From Setoptus koraiensis (Eukaryota; Animalia; Arthropoda), in assembly GCA_048013815.1 (NCBI GenBank), contig CM106585.1, positions 7,254,001-7,318,000 on the forward strand: 64,000 nucleotides of DNA, given 5' to 3'. Shown piece by piece: positions 12,550 through 25,546 of the stretch. Under the pieces are notes generated by a model. That model had not been told where the DNA came from. It worked only from the letters and a program-made list of their open reading frames with translations, and did no database searches. The number at the start of each line of letters is the position of its first letter. The first letter of the stretch is position 1. Position numbers and translations under genes: made by a program.

Positions 12550-14965
12550 TTAGTATTTGTTGACCAAGGCAACAGGTCTCAAATCTGAATTGTTGCTCTT
12601 GCTGTCCTTGACAATCTTCTGTTGTTGGTTGATATTATTTGTGCTGACAGCTTTTACATTTGAGAGGGCCAGAGAATTATTATTAGTGGTGAATTTTTTT
12701 TTAGGCTTCGCTTCTTCTTGTTCATCGTCACGAATAAAGTCGCCATTTGAGGGCGATGGCGACGAGTAGGCGTCGTATTCACAATCCTCAAGATCACTTT
12801 CGCCTAGATTAGTGTTATTTGACGACGATTTCACTGACACATCTGAGCGAGTATCTTCTTCATCCATCATGACATCGTTATCATCATCATTGTTGCGGTC
12901 ATCACTACTATAAACGTTGTCATTGTGATCATCAATTACATTCTTGCAATCATCATCTTCATCATTTAGTCCTGTTGTATCAATTAAATTACCATTAGTG
13001 TATTGTTGATTGGTATCGTCTGCATCCACATCGACTTGGATGTCGTCCATGTTCTCACTTTTAACGCTCATCATGTGTTTGTTTGTTTGTGATTGTTGAA
13101 TCTTTTGGTCCTTTGATTTGCTTGTGGCCTGCTTACTAGCACATTTGCTGTTGTTACTATTGGTGTTTTGGTGATTCTGGTGGTGCGGTTGCTGTTGGTT
13201 GCTCAACGAAGATGCCTGACTGTTGTTGAATGATGTAGCAAGTGGCTGGCTATTGCTATTGGATAACGTCTTCTTGGTAGACGCACCCACATCACTGAGA
13301 TCTGGATTTGGATTGTTTCTGGTTGGCAGTGTCTGCTCTCTTGAGCCGCCCGCTGATAATAGTTCGCGTTCCTTTGAATTTCTCCATTTCATTCTTCTAT
13401 TTTGGAACCAAATTTTCACCTGTTAATGTTAGTGTTTACAACAAACATAATAGTGCATAATTAATTAATAATTAGCGATAATGTGAATGAGAAAAGGCGA
13501 GTTCTAACTATTCATGAGACGTTGGTCAAGTATACTCACTTGCGAATCTTTCAGGCCCAATTTTTCCGCCAATTTCTTCCTGTCTGGCTTACTGATATAC
13601 TTTTGCAACTGAAACCTTTTCTCCAATCCAGTGCGTTGATTATCGGAGAAAACGGCCCGACGCATCATACCTCGTCTTGGTTTGCCCCTGGTAGCAGTGG
13701 CCCACGGAAAGGTACTGGTAGGCAAAAATGAAAGACCGGATAAATGGCGAGCAAATGGAGTGTTGGACTGATTGTTGTTTGGTGCCGGACACATGACACT
13801 ATTGGCCGAATGTTGTCCTAAACGACGCAACAACTGTTCGTGCTGCTGTTGTTGTTGTCTGCTCGAATTGGCCGCTTGAATCAAATTAGTCTGCTGTTGA
13901 TGCTGATTAACCGACTGACCGGGGGCTCTGATCTGTTTTGTGACATTATCTCCACAGTTGGGGCCCGTCAATAGAGCTTGTTTGCCGTCCTCTAACGCCG
14001 ACGATTGACCTCGCCGGAGCCTATTCTGAGCACTAACATTATTGATCTGTTGTTGTTGCTGTTGATGGCTGTCAGACATCATTGAGCTTGACAGCAAATG
14101 ATATGACGGTTGTTGCTGTTGTTGTTGGTGGTGATGGTGAATTGCGGCAGCAGCAGCAGCCGCACTAAATAACCTATAACGATCAGCTGATTGTAACGTT
14201 GCCGCAACAAAATCCGAATTAGGCGACCTACATCCTGGCCCATCCGGTTGTGCAATTAGCTTGTTATTGTTTGTGGCTGGTATGTGGTCATCGCCTAATA
14301 ATTGAGCAGTTGCTTGTTTAGCAGCTGATGCGCTGCTTAATTGATGACTTAGATTATTATGTAATGTATTTAATTGATTAGTTATTGGGCTAGTTTGACA
14401 CAAATTCAATGAAGACGACGACTCAACGCTAGATGGTGACAATGATGATGAGTTTGATCCGCTTGCCACAGACATACTAGGCGAATGCATTAATCTTAGC
14501 TTGTGATCTTTATTGTTACCATTATTTTTGCTTTGTTCGTTGTTTGTTGTTGTTGTGGTTGTTGCTGTTGTTGTTGTGGTTGTTGCTGTGTCCAACAACA
14601 ATTGGGAGCAATCATTAATTAACATTTGTTGTCCATTATCCAGGTTCTTATTGTTTGTGTGTTTATTCTTGTAGCCGTCATTGTGGCCATTGTAGAGTCT
14701 TCTGTTGGTGGTGTTGTGATATGCAGCTGAAACTTCATCATTGTATTGTTGTTGATGGTGTTGTTCAATAGTGTTGTTAAGCAAAGAAGACGACGAGCCA
14801 GTTGATAGGCCAATCCCTGTTGATTGTTGGACAATTAATCGAATGAGATGATAATGATTACGATGATTAGATTGATGAAAGTCAGTGAATAGTTTGGGAG
14901 ATTTCATCACAGTGCCGAGTTGCGCTAAAAATCGGATGCATTGTTGTCCACGAACAGAGTGATTG
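12550..14965 (-). CDS. Dbx: Dbx (developing brain homeobox); exons ~14965-13540 and 13419-12550, 5' exon(s) further upstream
   Basis: Spliced homeodomain region RGKPRRGMMRRAVFSDNQRTGLEKRFQLQKYISKPDRKKLAEKLGLKDSQ|VKIWFQNRRMKWRNSKERELLSAGGSREQTLPTRNNPNPDLSDV includes the Dbx-specific tail. Phase-0 intron at 13539-13420. The 14965 acceptor (cttccag|) is inferred. Confidence 0.93.
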
Positions 14966-17823
14966 CTGGAAGCAAGTACAAATGAACAGTATGATAAATT
15001 GATTGTTGTAACGAGAGAGAACAGGACCACACATCAAGTATATTATTGCCAATTATTAATCAATTCAATTATTCAAATCGGCTCATTTCGGCCAATTGAC
15101 CGCGAGAAATTGAAACAGAGCAGTTTCATTATGCATGGCGGCTCATTGTGATGGCGCCATTCATTTAATTTGTTTGCATCTCATTGGAATTGTTGTTTGT
15201 ATCGCATTCAATTTGTTGGTTGTGGCCGCCCACAATTGTGCGATCACAATACTAGATCAATACAGGTAAATCAGCAACAATATATCACCAATTTGTTGCT
15301 AGTTTCATTGTTGCGCCCCCGCCCCGGCTCGCCCCATAAAACGAATAGCGATTAGCGAGACAAAGAGGATATTTTCACGACAGTCACATGACGCCAACAA
15401 CGACATCTACTGTCCATTAGGTGCAACCGAGCCAACACGACCGAGCAACTCTGGCTAGACCTCTCATTGGCATTACTGTAATAGTAACTGTAACTGTAAC
15501 AGTTGAGTAACACAGTTAAAGTGATGGTAATAATAACAACAATAATAATAATGATGATGATGACGGCAATAATGATGAAATGGCAACAACAACAGCAACA
15601 ACTACATACGCAACAACAAATATAACTCATATAACGTGATTGTAGAGCAGCAATATCAAATGGACGCTAGGGCCACTGTATACAACTGATACAATATTTC
15701 GCTTCGGCACCAATGTTGAGTTTTAGCATTGTTAGTGACGGCCAGTGCTTTTGTTTGCACCCTTATGGTGGTGGCAGCGCCAGCACTTGAGCGCACGTTA
15801 CGTCACACACACAATAATCTATTATGTAACTCTCGCCGTTTGCTTGTGCCTTATAATCTGATAGCTATCAACACCAGCTGACACCATAAATGGACGCTAT
15901 TACATTTGTGAGCATCATACACACAAAACTCGACAATCATCATCATTTCTGGCTTTGGCGTACATTTTTTCTTGTTTACTTGTTGTTGTTGTCTCCAATT
16001 GGCTTCAATTGAACTAACATTACGGTGCCACTGCCGCCGCTGTTCTGTTATGGGAGCCCCAATATGGAGGCCCAACGTGGAGAGCCAGATATGGGAACCC
16101 CAAATCGGTTGTGATTGTTGTGCATTGCAAAAACGCACCATTGTGCCTTATGAGGAGAGACAGGGCGAGCCGGCAAGTAGACGACTAGCGAAAAAAGCGC
16201 GCTAATAATGAGAGTGGCCTCTCTCTTTGTGTGGGTTAATAATGTTGAGATTGTGCAAGAGTTTACTGCCTGCTCACTACGAGTCGCCCCAGTAGATTAT
16301 GTCGATTATGTATGATATTTAGAGACAACTTAATTGATATTTATCCGGCTAGCAAGCCAATACAAAGCCGGCCAACAGCGTGCTGCTGCAATGATGAGTC
16401 ACCGATAATAATTATCATTTAGCAAGCTTATATAGGCCACTTGTTTGGCAAGTGTACGTGGTTTGCGAGTGTATGGTTATAGGGCCACAAACTCATCACG
16501 ATGGCCAGCTGATATCGCGCAGTCGTTCTGACACGCTCGTGTAGTTGTTGTTGTTGGTTGCTGTTGTTGTTGTTGTTGTTGTTGGTTGCTGTTGTTGTTG
16601 TTGTTGGTTGCTGTTGTTGTTGGTTGCTGTTGTTGTTGGTTGCCGTTGGAGCGGCATTTGAAGTCACGACTTTGTTACGTTGATGCCGTTTTGTTTCGTA
16701 TTTCCATCGGCAGCAGCACAACACAACAACAAGAATGCAATGGGTTGTAAGGGCAAATAATCTAATAATCACCGTCAAATGCCAGTCTCGTTGGCTACCT
16801 AATCTAATCAGGTCATTTAATCAATCATCGGCTTGTCTACCGTTTGACGAGTCACTGCATCGGCTATCACAATTCGAGCTGGCGTCCATTCGAAAACTGA
16901 ATTGAAAAAACTGTGCGTGCACACAACATATTGCATTACACATAATTAGCGACTAATCATTGCCAATAATCTAATATTAAGCTGAGGCCGCTCGATAATG
17001 ATGGCGATAAATTATGCATTGTACTGTTGCTATCGCTGTTCGCTTGCTCGTTGATAACTTGTTAACTGCAGCTCACATAATGAGCTTGAGTTTTCAAATT
17101 GGCTTCATTGGTTCCATTGTATACACAAACGAAGATTCACAAAAGTGAGCATAACAAGAGCGAGAGCAAGACCAAGAGTTCATTCATTAATTGTAATGAG
17201 CATAATCCCGCATAATCTAATTCTATCTACTTGCTGCCGTGCGAAACAAAAGATAATCACAGCTATCATTAGGCTTACATGTTAATTATGTTGCTAATTT
17301 CAACTACACAAACCATCGCACAAATGATAATAATGATGGCGTTATAATGCAATTTGATGGCCAACACAATGAGGATGCTCTCTCGAAGAATGAGTGGCTC
17401 CTTTGAAAATCACAAACAAACATCCGATTGATCATTGTTAACATAACTGACCGTTGTATGATACGGATACCCGTTGCTGATTGAGGCGACGCAGACACAG
17501 TTCGAGCGATATCTTGAACCGTAAGCTGTTTACGAGCCGGCTCGATCGCTAACGAAATTATTCATCATTATTGATGATTAATACTGCTTTTGATATCGAT
17601 CGCTGACAGAACGAGCTATCCAATGGAGACTTGAGTATCGAATTTTTTTTTTGTGTTACTTTAGGTACTGGGGATGCTACAAAATTACCATTGTCATTTT
17701 TGGTGATGCCGGTGCTGGAAGAATGCCGATGTTACTGTTCACGGGTCAGATGAGGCCCGGCTTTCAGTAGATATGGCGCGATTGTTGCTGAGTCAATGCT
17801 CATGTTGAATATATTGAAAGCAC

Positions 17824-17870
17824 TCAATACTATTGAGTCAATACTGTTGAGTCAATACTGTTGAGTCAAT
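17824..17870. repeat. 14-bp tandem repeat tcaatactRttgag x3.3 (units quasi-palindromic)
   Basis: Direct reading. Confidence 0.9.
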
Positions 17871-19556
17871 CAGGTCTAAACAGCTCGCTGTGTTGTTCGA
17901 GTATTGTTGCTGTTGCTGGCGCTTTTGTTGTTTCGTGGCGCAACAAATGACGAGTACGCAAGGATAGGAAGTAGCATGAGATGAGGCTAACAATGCATAT
18001 TGGCAAGGGCCCTCGTTTCTATAGAGCACACAGAATTGGGCGCTCGTCCAACTTGTTGATGCTGGTGATGCGGCCCACGTTGTTACATCATGAGTTGTTA
18101 TCATCTGCTGTAACACTGGCCTCTTTTGATGCTTCATTCATCAAGGCATGAATGGCTGGCGATGAGTTCAGAGATACGACAAATATCACTGCTTGAAATT
18201 CTCAGTGATACGTTGCCATTTATAATACATTTATACTGATCAGTGATCGTACATGCGAACATTATTTATTCATTGCACAAGACAAGAAAAAATAGGACTA
18301 GGTATTTGCTGATTGTGCCCATTCTGGCGTTGAAATGAGTCGATTTAGACTAACGAGAAGCCAATGCGAATACAACGGCACCTAACAAGCTTTTCTTGTT
18401 GGTGTGCAACTATAACATGTTAATTATGCTGCGCACTAGTGCTAATTTGGACTACACAAGTCATAGCTGCAATAATGATAATAATGATAATACATGTAAT
18501 GATGGCGTTATAATGATGATTGCTCGCAAGTAACATGAGACTGGACTCTTGTTGTCTCTAGTCACTGGACTAATCTCATGCTCAATATCATGTCATCATG
18601 CGTTGTTTGCCTAACGACCTCTCCCGCTACTAACTGAATCAACTTGATTATTTGTAATTTGTATCTCTTCACAAAGGTAAAACTTTGCCATTCACTGACC
18701 AGTCACTTGGGCCAGATTTAATCTGTGTGTGTGTGTGTTGAGGTGATCAAAGACGATAATTATGTTATCAGAAAAAGTGTGCGCTTGCAAATTCTCATAC
18801 CTGCAAACAAAACCTGTAAAAAGAAGCTGCAAATTCAAATGGTTGTCCGAACGAAAATGCTCACCTGACTCGCCTACTGTTATCAGTTGCATGAAATAAG
18901 GAATGTTTGTATGATCAACAATTAACCATGATCATTGCAGGTTGCATCACATGCGTTAGCTGGCTTTATAAGCAAGCAACAACTTGGGATACTTTGTTGG
19001 CCAGCAACTGGCGAGCAACATCGATGAGCAGCGTGATTTGATATCTCATTTAGTTATTTTATCATCATCGAGTAGCAGTATCATTAACGACACTAGAGCT
19101 GCGCTCTAATCGAGCCTGCGCTTTTCAAAAATTCATCAAAATCGTGATGATTAATAAAAGCAAATAAGACAACTATTAATTATTATTACACGGATGTAAT
19201 TAATTGCATGCAAACACTCACAATGAAATGCCATGTATATTATCTAACGTTGTTATGCAACACTCGACAAGTGCACACTGTACACTGTACACACACCAGT
19301 GATATAGGCTTGTGTGTAATGATTATCTAGTCGCTAACTAGATGGACACTGACACACAAAATGGCCAAGCTGAGCCAACTGACAGCAGGGGCGCCCAGTT
19401 AATCCGGTGCCTAAGTAAGTTGTTTGGTGTTGTGTTTGCAGCATAATCACAATTGAGTCACTGCGAGCAGCACATATATAGAAACGCCTCGGGCAAATCA
19501 TGATCCTGCTGCTATTACAAAATCTATTTAAACTCCGGCTAGCACTAGCCACTTAC

Positions 19557-19949
19557 ACACTGCACACTGTCGACAAGCGCCGATTGCAGACAACTGCCGA
19601 TTGGAGATGACTGCACACTCTATACAACTGCAGACAGGATGGGTGTATTGTTAGATATATAAATAAAGTAGACAAGATATAAACAAAGCCGCGGATAATA
19701 TGCGATTCAATGCTGCAAAGTTGCCTACCTGTGTGCCTGTTGGCCTGCTGCTGCTGTTGGCTCAACGATGCCACCAGCTGATGGCTGTTTTGTTGTTGTA
19801 AATGCAATTGTAGTTGGTGTAGATGTAATTGCAATTGTTGTTGCAGCAGTAGTTGCGTCGTATTAATATGACCTGTTGTCGTAATGGTTGGCCCAGATGC
19901 ACCAATTTGAAATTGTTGCTGGCTTTGTTGATTGGTAATTGTGTGATGA

Positions 19950-19981
<32 letters not shown>

Positions 19982-20458
19982 TTGCTGTTGTTGATAGGCT
20001 ACCATTTTGCGTTGACACTGTTCAAGATGCTGATTTATGAGTAGCATATCGTTTGATGTTGTACTAGTATCGTCGGTTGTTTGATGAGCCGCAACAGCAG
20101 CGCCACCTATAATTGAGTCAATGGAAAAGGAGAGGCCCTTCTTGAGCTGGCCGGCTGTTTGTTTGTTGGTGCCAGTTGTTGTTGTTTGATCCAGTTTGTT
20201 GTTGCTGCTATCATGACTGTTGTTGGCCATTGAGTGATGATGGGCAGACGATGACGATTGCATTCCAACAATTGATAGATTCTTTGCTGTCACCTGATGA
20301 TAATGTGAACTGTTTTTTGTCATCAGTGATTGTCTTGAGTTGCAAGTTGACAGTGAATGCGCTTGTTGTTGTTGTTGTTTCATTTCTGATCCCTCTGGCG
20401 GGCAATTAATGGATATTACCTTTTGTGGCTCAATTGCTGTCCCTCTCGAGTTGCTCAT
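19557..20458 (-). CDS. Probable first coding exon of Dbx with eh1 (Groucho-binding) motif and polyQ
   Basis: 310-codon ORF on the Dbx strand with KKGLSFSIDSII (eh1 consensus FSIxxIL; 20128-20108) and polyQ tracts. First ATG is 20458. Candidate donors at 19728 (gtaggc) and 19556 (gtaagt). The link to Dbx is inferred. Confidence 0.6.
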
Positions 20459-20635
20459 GATAGGATGGCAACAACTCAACGACACTCATCTATTATCATT
20501 TGAATGTTTGTAATGTTTTAACTATATTTTGACTGTACCATCAACTAGTTTGACTAAGATAACTAACTTGTAATAACGTACGTGTAATAGCTTGTGTAAT
20601 AATTGAATGTCGCGTTGAATTTGGCGCGCTTGCAG

Positions 20636-20698
20636 TCGAATGTTCGAATGTTCGAGTGTCCGAATGTTCGAATGTTCGAGTGTCCGAATGTTCGAATG
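20636..20698. repeat. 8-bp tandem repeat (YCGARTGT) x8 with 24-bp higher-order period
   Basis: tcgaatgt tcgaatgt tcgagtgt ccgaatgt repeated; about 180 bp upstream of the eh1 ORF. Confidence 0.9.
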
Positions 20699-23600
20699 AA
20701 ATCGAATAAAAGCAAATGAAATCCAATGAAATGAACACAACTCGCTGCTCAACTGCTTTATTGTGCTGTGCCAACTCACTAATCGAACACAGCTCGCAAT
20801 CAAATGTTCGACAATGCACGCTTGTGTGTGCAGTTCGATTATAGAATGTGCGTGTGTGTTATAGGCAGTTGATACAAGTGGCCACTATTGCGCATGCCCG
20901 CCACACGAGAACGCAATAAACGCATCGAACTCGACAGTGGGCAATGGGGGTGGCACTCGAGTTGAATGATGCAAACTATAGGCATTTGAGTTGAGCATTT
21001 GTGTGCGCAAAAACCAACACGCATCCACTCATTGGCGCTATTCGTGGGCAAACAACAACAATTGCAATTCTCGAGCATAATGAGGCTGCTTCATTTGTCA
21101 GCTGATTGTTATAAATAAATGAGCATATTACGTAATATAATATTTAAATAATGCACTCATTATTAATGAGTGCTCATATAAATCGATCATTGTTGCGCAA
21201 CGATAATTACTCATTACAGTAATTGACATGGCCGAGCGATGATTTACAGCAGTTATATTATAAATGAGTGCAATAAATAAGCTGACATGGTGAGTTGATT
21301 CGATGAGTTCGTTCGATGAATGCGTGATATTGTTTCTGACGTGGGCGTAGCGTTTGTCTGTTTGTTGTCATGTGTATTCTGGCATGTTTGCCATTATTAT
21401 TTACCATTGCACACAATTAATTATTGATATGAAAAGGCAAATCTATATTGCGCAACAATCTATTCTATGTATCTATCGATACTCACTGGCTGCAATTACT
21501 GACCACAATGCTCCAGTTGCCAGCTATTCAGAGCTGCACCTGTCAGACTCTCAAGTTTGGACTCTCAAGTTTGGAGCAAAGAATTCAGAGAACATTCGGC
21601 AACATAGCAGCTTAGGAACGCAATGAGATGCCATATATGTATCACGGTATATCCTGTCAGCATGTTACCTGTTGCCACATGAGCATGTTGTTCTGCCATT
21701 GGAAAGTGTCATCCTCATTTGCCTACGAGCCCATGGTGCAATCCGAAACGGTGCTCCGTATGTGTAGCTGTAACGGAAGCAAGCAAATTGTATGCGTAGT
21801 GTTTCTTCTATCTATCACCAACAATATCTGGCACCAACAATATCTGGCACCAACAACGACCGGCAACAATCTCACGCTCTCACAATTGGTCAGTTTAAAC
21901 AAATATTACGTTTTTTAGCTATGCAACACGCCGATATTTACACACAAATTTCATACATACATTATACATGCGCAACACTAATGATAATCGAGCAACAGAT
22001 AATGGCGGCCAGCCCCGAGGCGATGGCGCAATTTGTTAGTTAATTTAGTTATCGTAATCATAATCTCGTGTGTGCCAGCAACACCGAATCACTGACAGTG
22101 TGTGTTGTTGGCACATTCAACACAAACTTGGTCACAAGAATAGATTGTTATATTCCGATAATTAACTGGCCATGCTCACCATTGCCTACAACAAAAATAA
22201 AACCAAGTTGCCGTTGTGATTAAATGAGACACAAGCATTTAATTAGTGGCAAATATCGAAGCGTCCAGAAATAAACATCTCAATTGGAGCTTGTTAGCTT
22301 GTTAGCGAGTACGAGCGCCAATTGCAACGCTCATTATTGCGCACAATTTAAACATTTTTGCATCTTGTCTTGCTCTCTGACGACTTGATAGCCGGTAATG
22401 AAGGCTCATCTAATAAAATAAAATCTATATTGAATTATTAGCCTGTTACTACGACTAGTAGACGGTTTGTTGTGGGCCATGCCAATGAGTTTATTGTGCG
22501 TCGCTATCATTAATCTCCATGTTGTTATCTTTTGGCTAAAATGGTTACGTAATAATCATCATGATAATGATTGTTGCCCACATTACATAATAACTGGCAC
22601 ACTACACTACACTACTACAGTATACTATACAATGCTACACTATACTATACAATGCTACACTATACTGTTAGCAGTGTTAGGCAAGTGCTGATGACTAGTA
22701 AGCGTATAAAAAGATTGTTTGTTTTATCGGGCACTTGTTTACATGTTACATGCGCCCGATGATTGTTGGCGATAGCAGCTTGATATGCATTAAATTGAAA
22801 TTAAAAGTCTGCTATCTCATTGAGTGTGTGCCTCTAATGATGATCTCACAAGGCAACTTGTTTACAAGTTGTTGTTTGCCGCTCACTCGGCTGACCTGTC
22901 TCGTTTCGGCTCAGCTCGGCTCACAGCGATAATAAACGGCCAAGAGCGAATAAATAATTAGATACATTATAAACAACATTATTAGTTAACTAGCTCTCAT
23001 AATCACTTAGCGGATATATTAGTAGTTTGGCGCACCTATTGTCGTCATCTTATTACATTTACATGGTCGCTCATAGTCGCCGCTTTGCTGTCTGGTCAGT
23101 AGTAACCGCTGAATAGGCTCATTGGCTGCCTCATAACAAATGTTGTACATGCCTCATTACATCATAATAACATAGCCACAGTGTGATGTAACAATATGAT
23201 AGTATCGTTATATAGAGAGTTTGTTCATTACCTGCATTGTGTGTGTATGTGTGTGTGTAAACAAATACAAGCTCAAAGTTTGAGTTTGATAAATATGCAA
23301 ATGGCGACAATGCAGACAACTTGATACGGCATGATCATCAGACGCGAGAGCTTCGGCCGGCCAAACTGGCTCAGCGGCGCACCCTCATTGCAGGCCAACT
23401 TTGTTGTTTTGTTTTGGCTGCTTGATTTAAATTCATCATTTTAATCATGAGCTCTCATCAATGTTCGCCAAATGCTAATATATAATCTAATGTATATCGT
23501 GAGCATAATAATGGTCAGTGGTCGTTTTTTTTGTTCGCTCGTTTGCTTGTTCTTTCGTAAGACGGGAAGCGAGCAAACAAACAAACAAATAAACAAGCGG

Positions 23601-24783
23601 CTAATTGACTTGTCTAGCTGTTTATTTTATCGTGCTATCATCAGCTGTAGTCAATTGTGAAGATTTGCTACAATTGTTGTTGTGTGTGGTTGGCACTTGC
23701 AAGCGGATGTGGCGCTTGTGCAAACTAGACAAGCCAACAAACAAATCAACGAGTGGACAAAATAACAAACGAATTATGCCAACATGGGACAGGTCGCATT
23801 AGATGTATAATTATAACTATAACCATCACAAGCGGCGATAATTGGCTGCATAGATTGGGTGTCGATGTTTCAATGGCATCACAGTCAGTGTATGAGGGTT
23901 GTTTACATATTATGTTATAATAACATAAAAATTGTTGTTACGTGACGGCAGTCAGGTACAGTTAAATGTTCAGTAGAGCGGCATTGGTGCCACTGTCAGG
24001 CCTCACTCACATTTGTCAGGCCATGACAGAGATTGTGAGATTGGGGCACAGTATAAAATCAATTTGTCGCTAACATTGGTCGCCCACTCCACTACCAATG
24101 GCACCGGCAACACACACAGTAAACGGTAACAAAAATCACTGCCAACAACAACACGTTTGTTGCGTAACGCGCGAGCCAGCGTTGCCATTTGGCCAATAAA
24201 ACACAAGCACAAGCGCCACTTATTTCGCTCACAATTTGTCAGTTATTTCAGTTTTGGTCGACGACGGATGAGATGATCACAGACGAGAAACGCAATCGAT
24301 TGTGCGACTCGCAACTGAACGCGTTCCATGTCGGACAAAACAACTGTGGCGCAACGTCAAGAGTTGTATTACAACGGCACCGTGAGGCCAATAATTGGAC
24401 CAAATGATTGCGCCAATGATGCCACTGCGACTCGCGTTCGCCTCATACAGACTGGAAAATATAATTTTCGAGTGGGCGCCCATATTCGCGGATATCAGCG
24501 AAGTGGGGCCCACGCACTGATGATATACAGGCACTGCGCCACCTAGAGCGTGTGCGTCATCATCATGGTTACGTCATGAGCATGGCGTTTTGATTAGTTA
24601 TTAATGTGCGATGGCTGGCGTGGAGGCCCAGCCAATATCTCACACGAGGCGCTAATAGTGAGCGGGGCCAAGTATTAACTGTCAACAACATTTGCGTACA
24701 ACATCAAATGCACGCTCCACTACAACATCCACTGCTGCTGCTGCTGCTGCCGTTACTCTCCACTATATGGCGCTATATGCCAG

Positions 24784-24940
24784 CAATAATAACAGTAATG
24801 ATAATATTAATAGTAATAATAATAATAATAATGATAATATTAGTAATAATAATAATAATAGTAATAACAGTGATGATAATAATAATAGCAATAATAACAG
24901 CAGTGATATTAATAGCAATAATAGTGATAATAATAGTAAC
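24784..24940. repeat. Compound (AAT)n-type trinucleotide microsatellite
   Basis: aat/agt/gat/aac triplet run; produces artefactual poly-N, poly-I and poly-L ORFs. Confidence 0.9.
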
Positions 24941-25468
24941 GGCTGGCAGTAGCAGCATCGTGATGCGGCTGCAACGCCACTGCTCATGATAAACAGCGCC
25001 AATAATGATGAGCGGTGCAAGTGCAATTGATTTAATGATAATGATCCACGTTGGCACATGATCCGTTGCGCGCCCCTGGTGGAGCCCACCAGCACCACCA
25101 GCATCTATTGGTATCCACTAGTTGGCAGCTTTACTGGCCAGCAAGCTGGCCAGCTGGCAGTTACAAGTGTAGTGCTGCCGGTTGGTCGCTAGTGGGCCTA
25201 TATTGTTGTTATTTTGACAGCTGCTAACTTGATACTGCCATCAAGTTGATAGACAGATGGATATTGCGCAATCCAATCTAATGCACACAGCTAACAAGCG
25301 ACTAGTCGCTGCGTCTTGCCCGGCTTATATAAGACAATGTCCAGTTGTTTTATATTGTGTCCAGTGGACAATCACCTGGCTTGTGTTTGTGTGGCTCGTG
25401 TTGCGCAACACATTATGAGCCATTAGATATGTCATCATCATCATCATCATCATCATCACAGTTGATTT

Positions 25469-25546
25469 TTGGCAACAATATTGCGCAACAATATTTGGCA
25501 ACAGCATTGCGCAACAATATTTGGCAACAACATTGCGCAACGCAAT
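25469..25546. repeat. 26-bp tandem repeat x3, each copy containing TTGCGCAA
   Basis: ttggcaacaatattgcgcaacaatat / ttggcaacagcattgcgcaacaatat / ttggcaacaacattgcgcaac. Confidence 0.85.

Noticed and set aside
20636-20698. Heat-shock element interpretation of the GAAtgTTC repeat, and of TTCGAA clusters at 54.93-55.08 kb
   Set aside because: The 7-8-bp periodicity does not give three contiguous alternating nGAAn pentamers.
24606-25104. Poly-I, poly-N and poly-L ORFs here, and similar ones at 16.4-16.8, 31.3-31.7 and 56.2-56.5 kb
   Set aside because: Translations of trinucleotide microsatellites.
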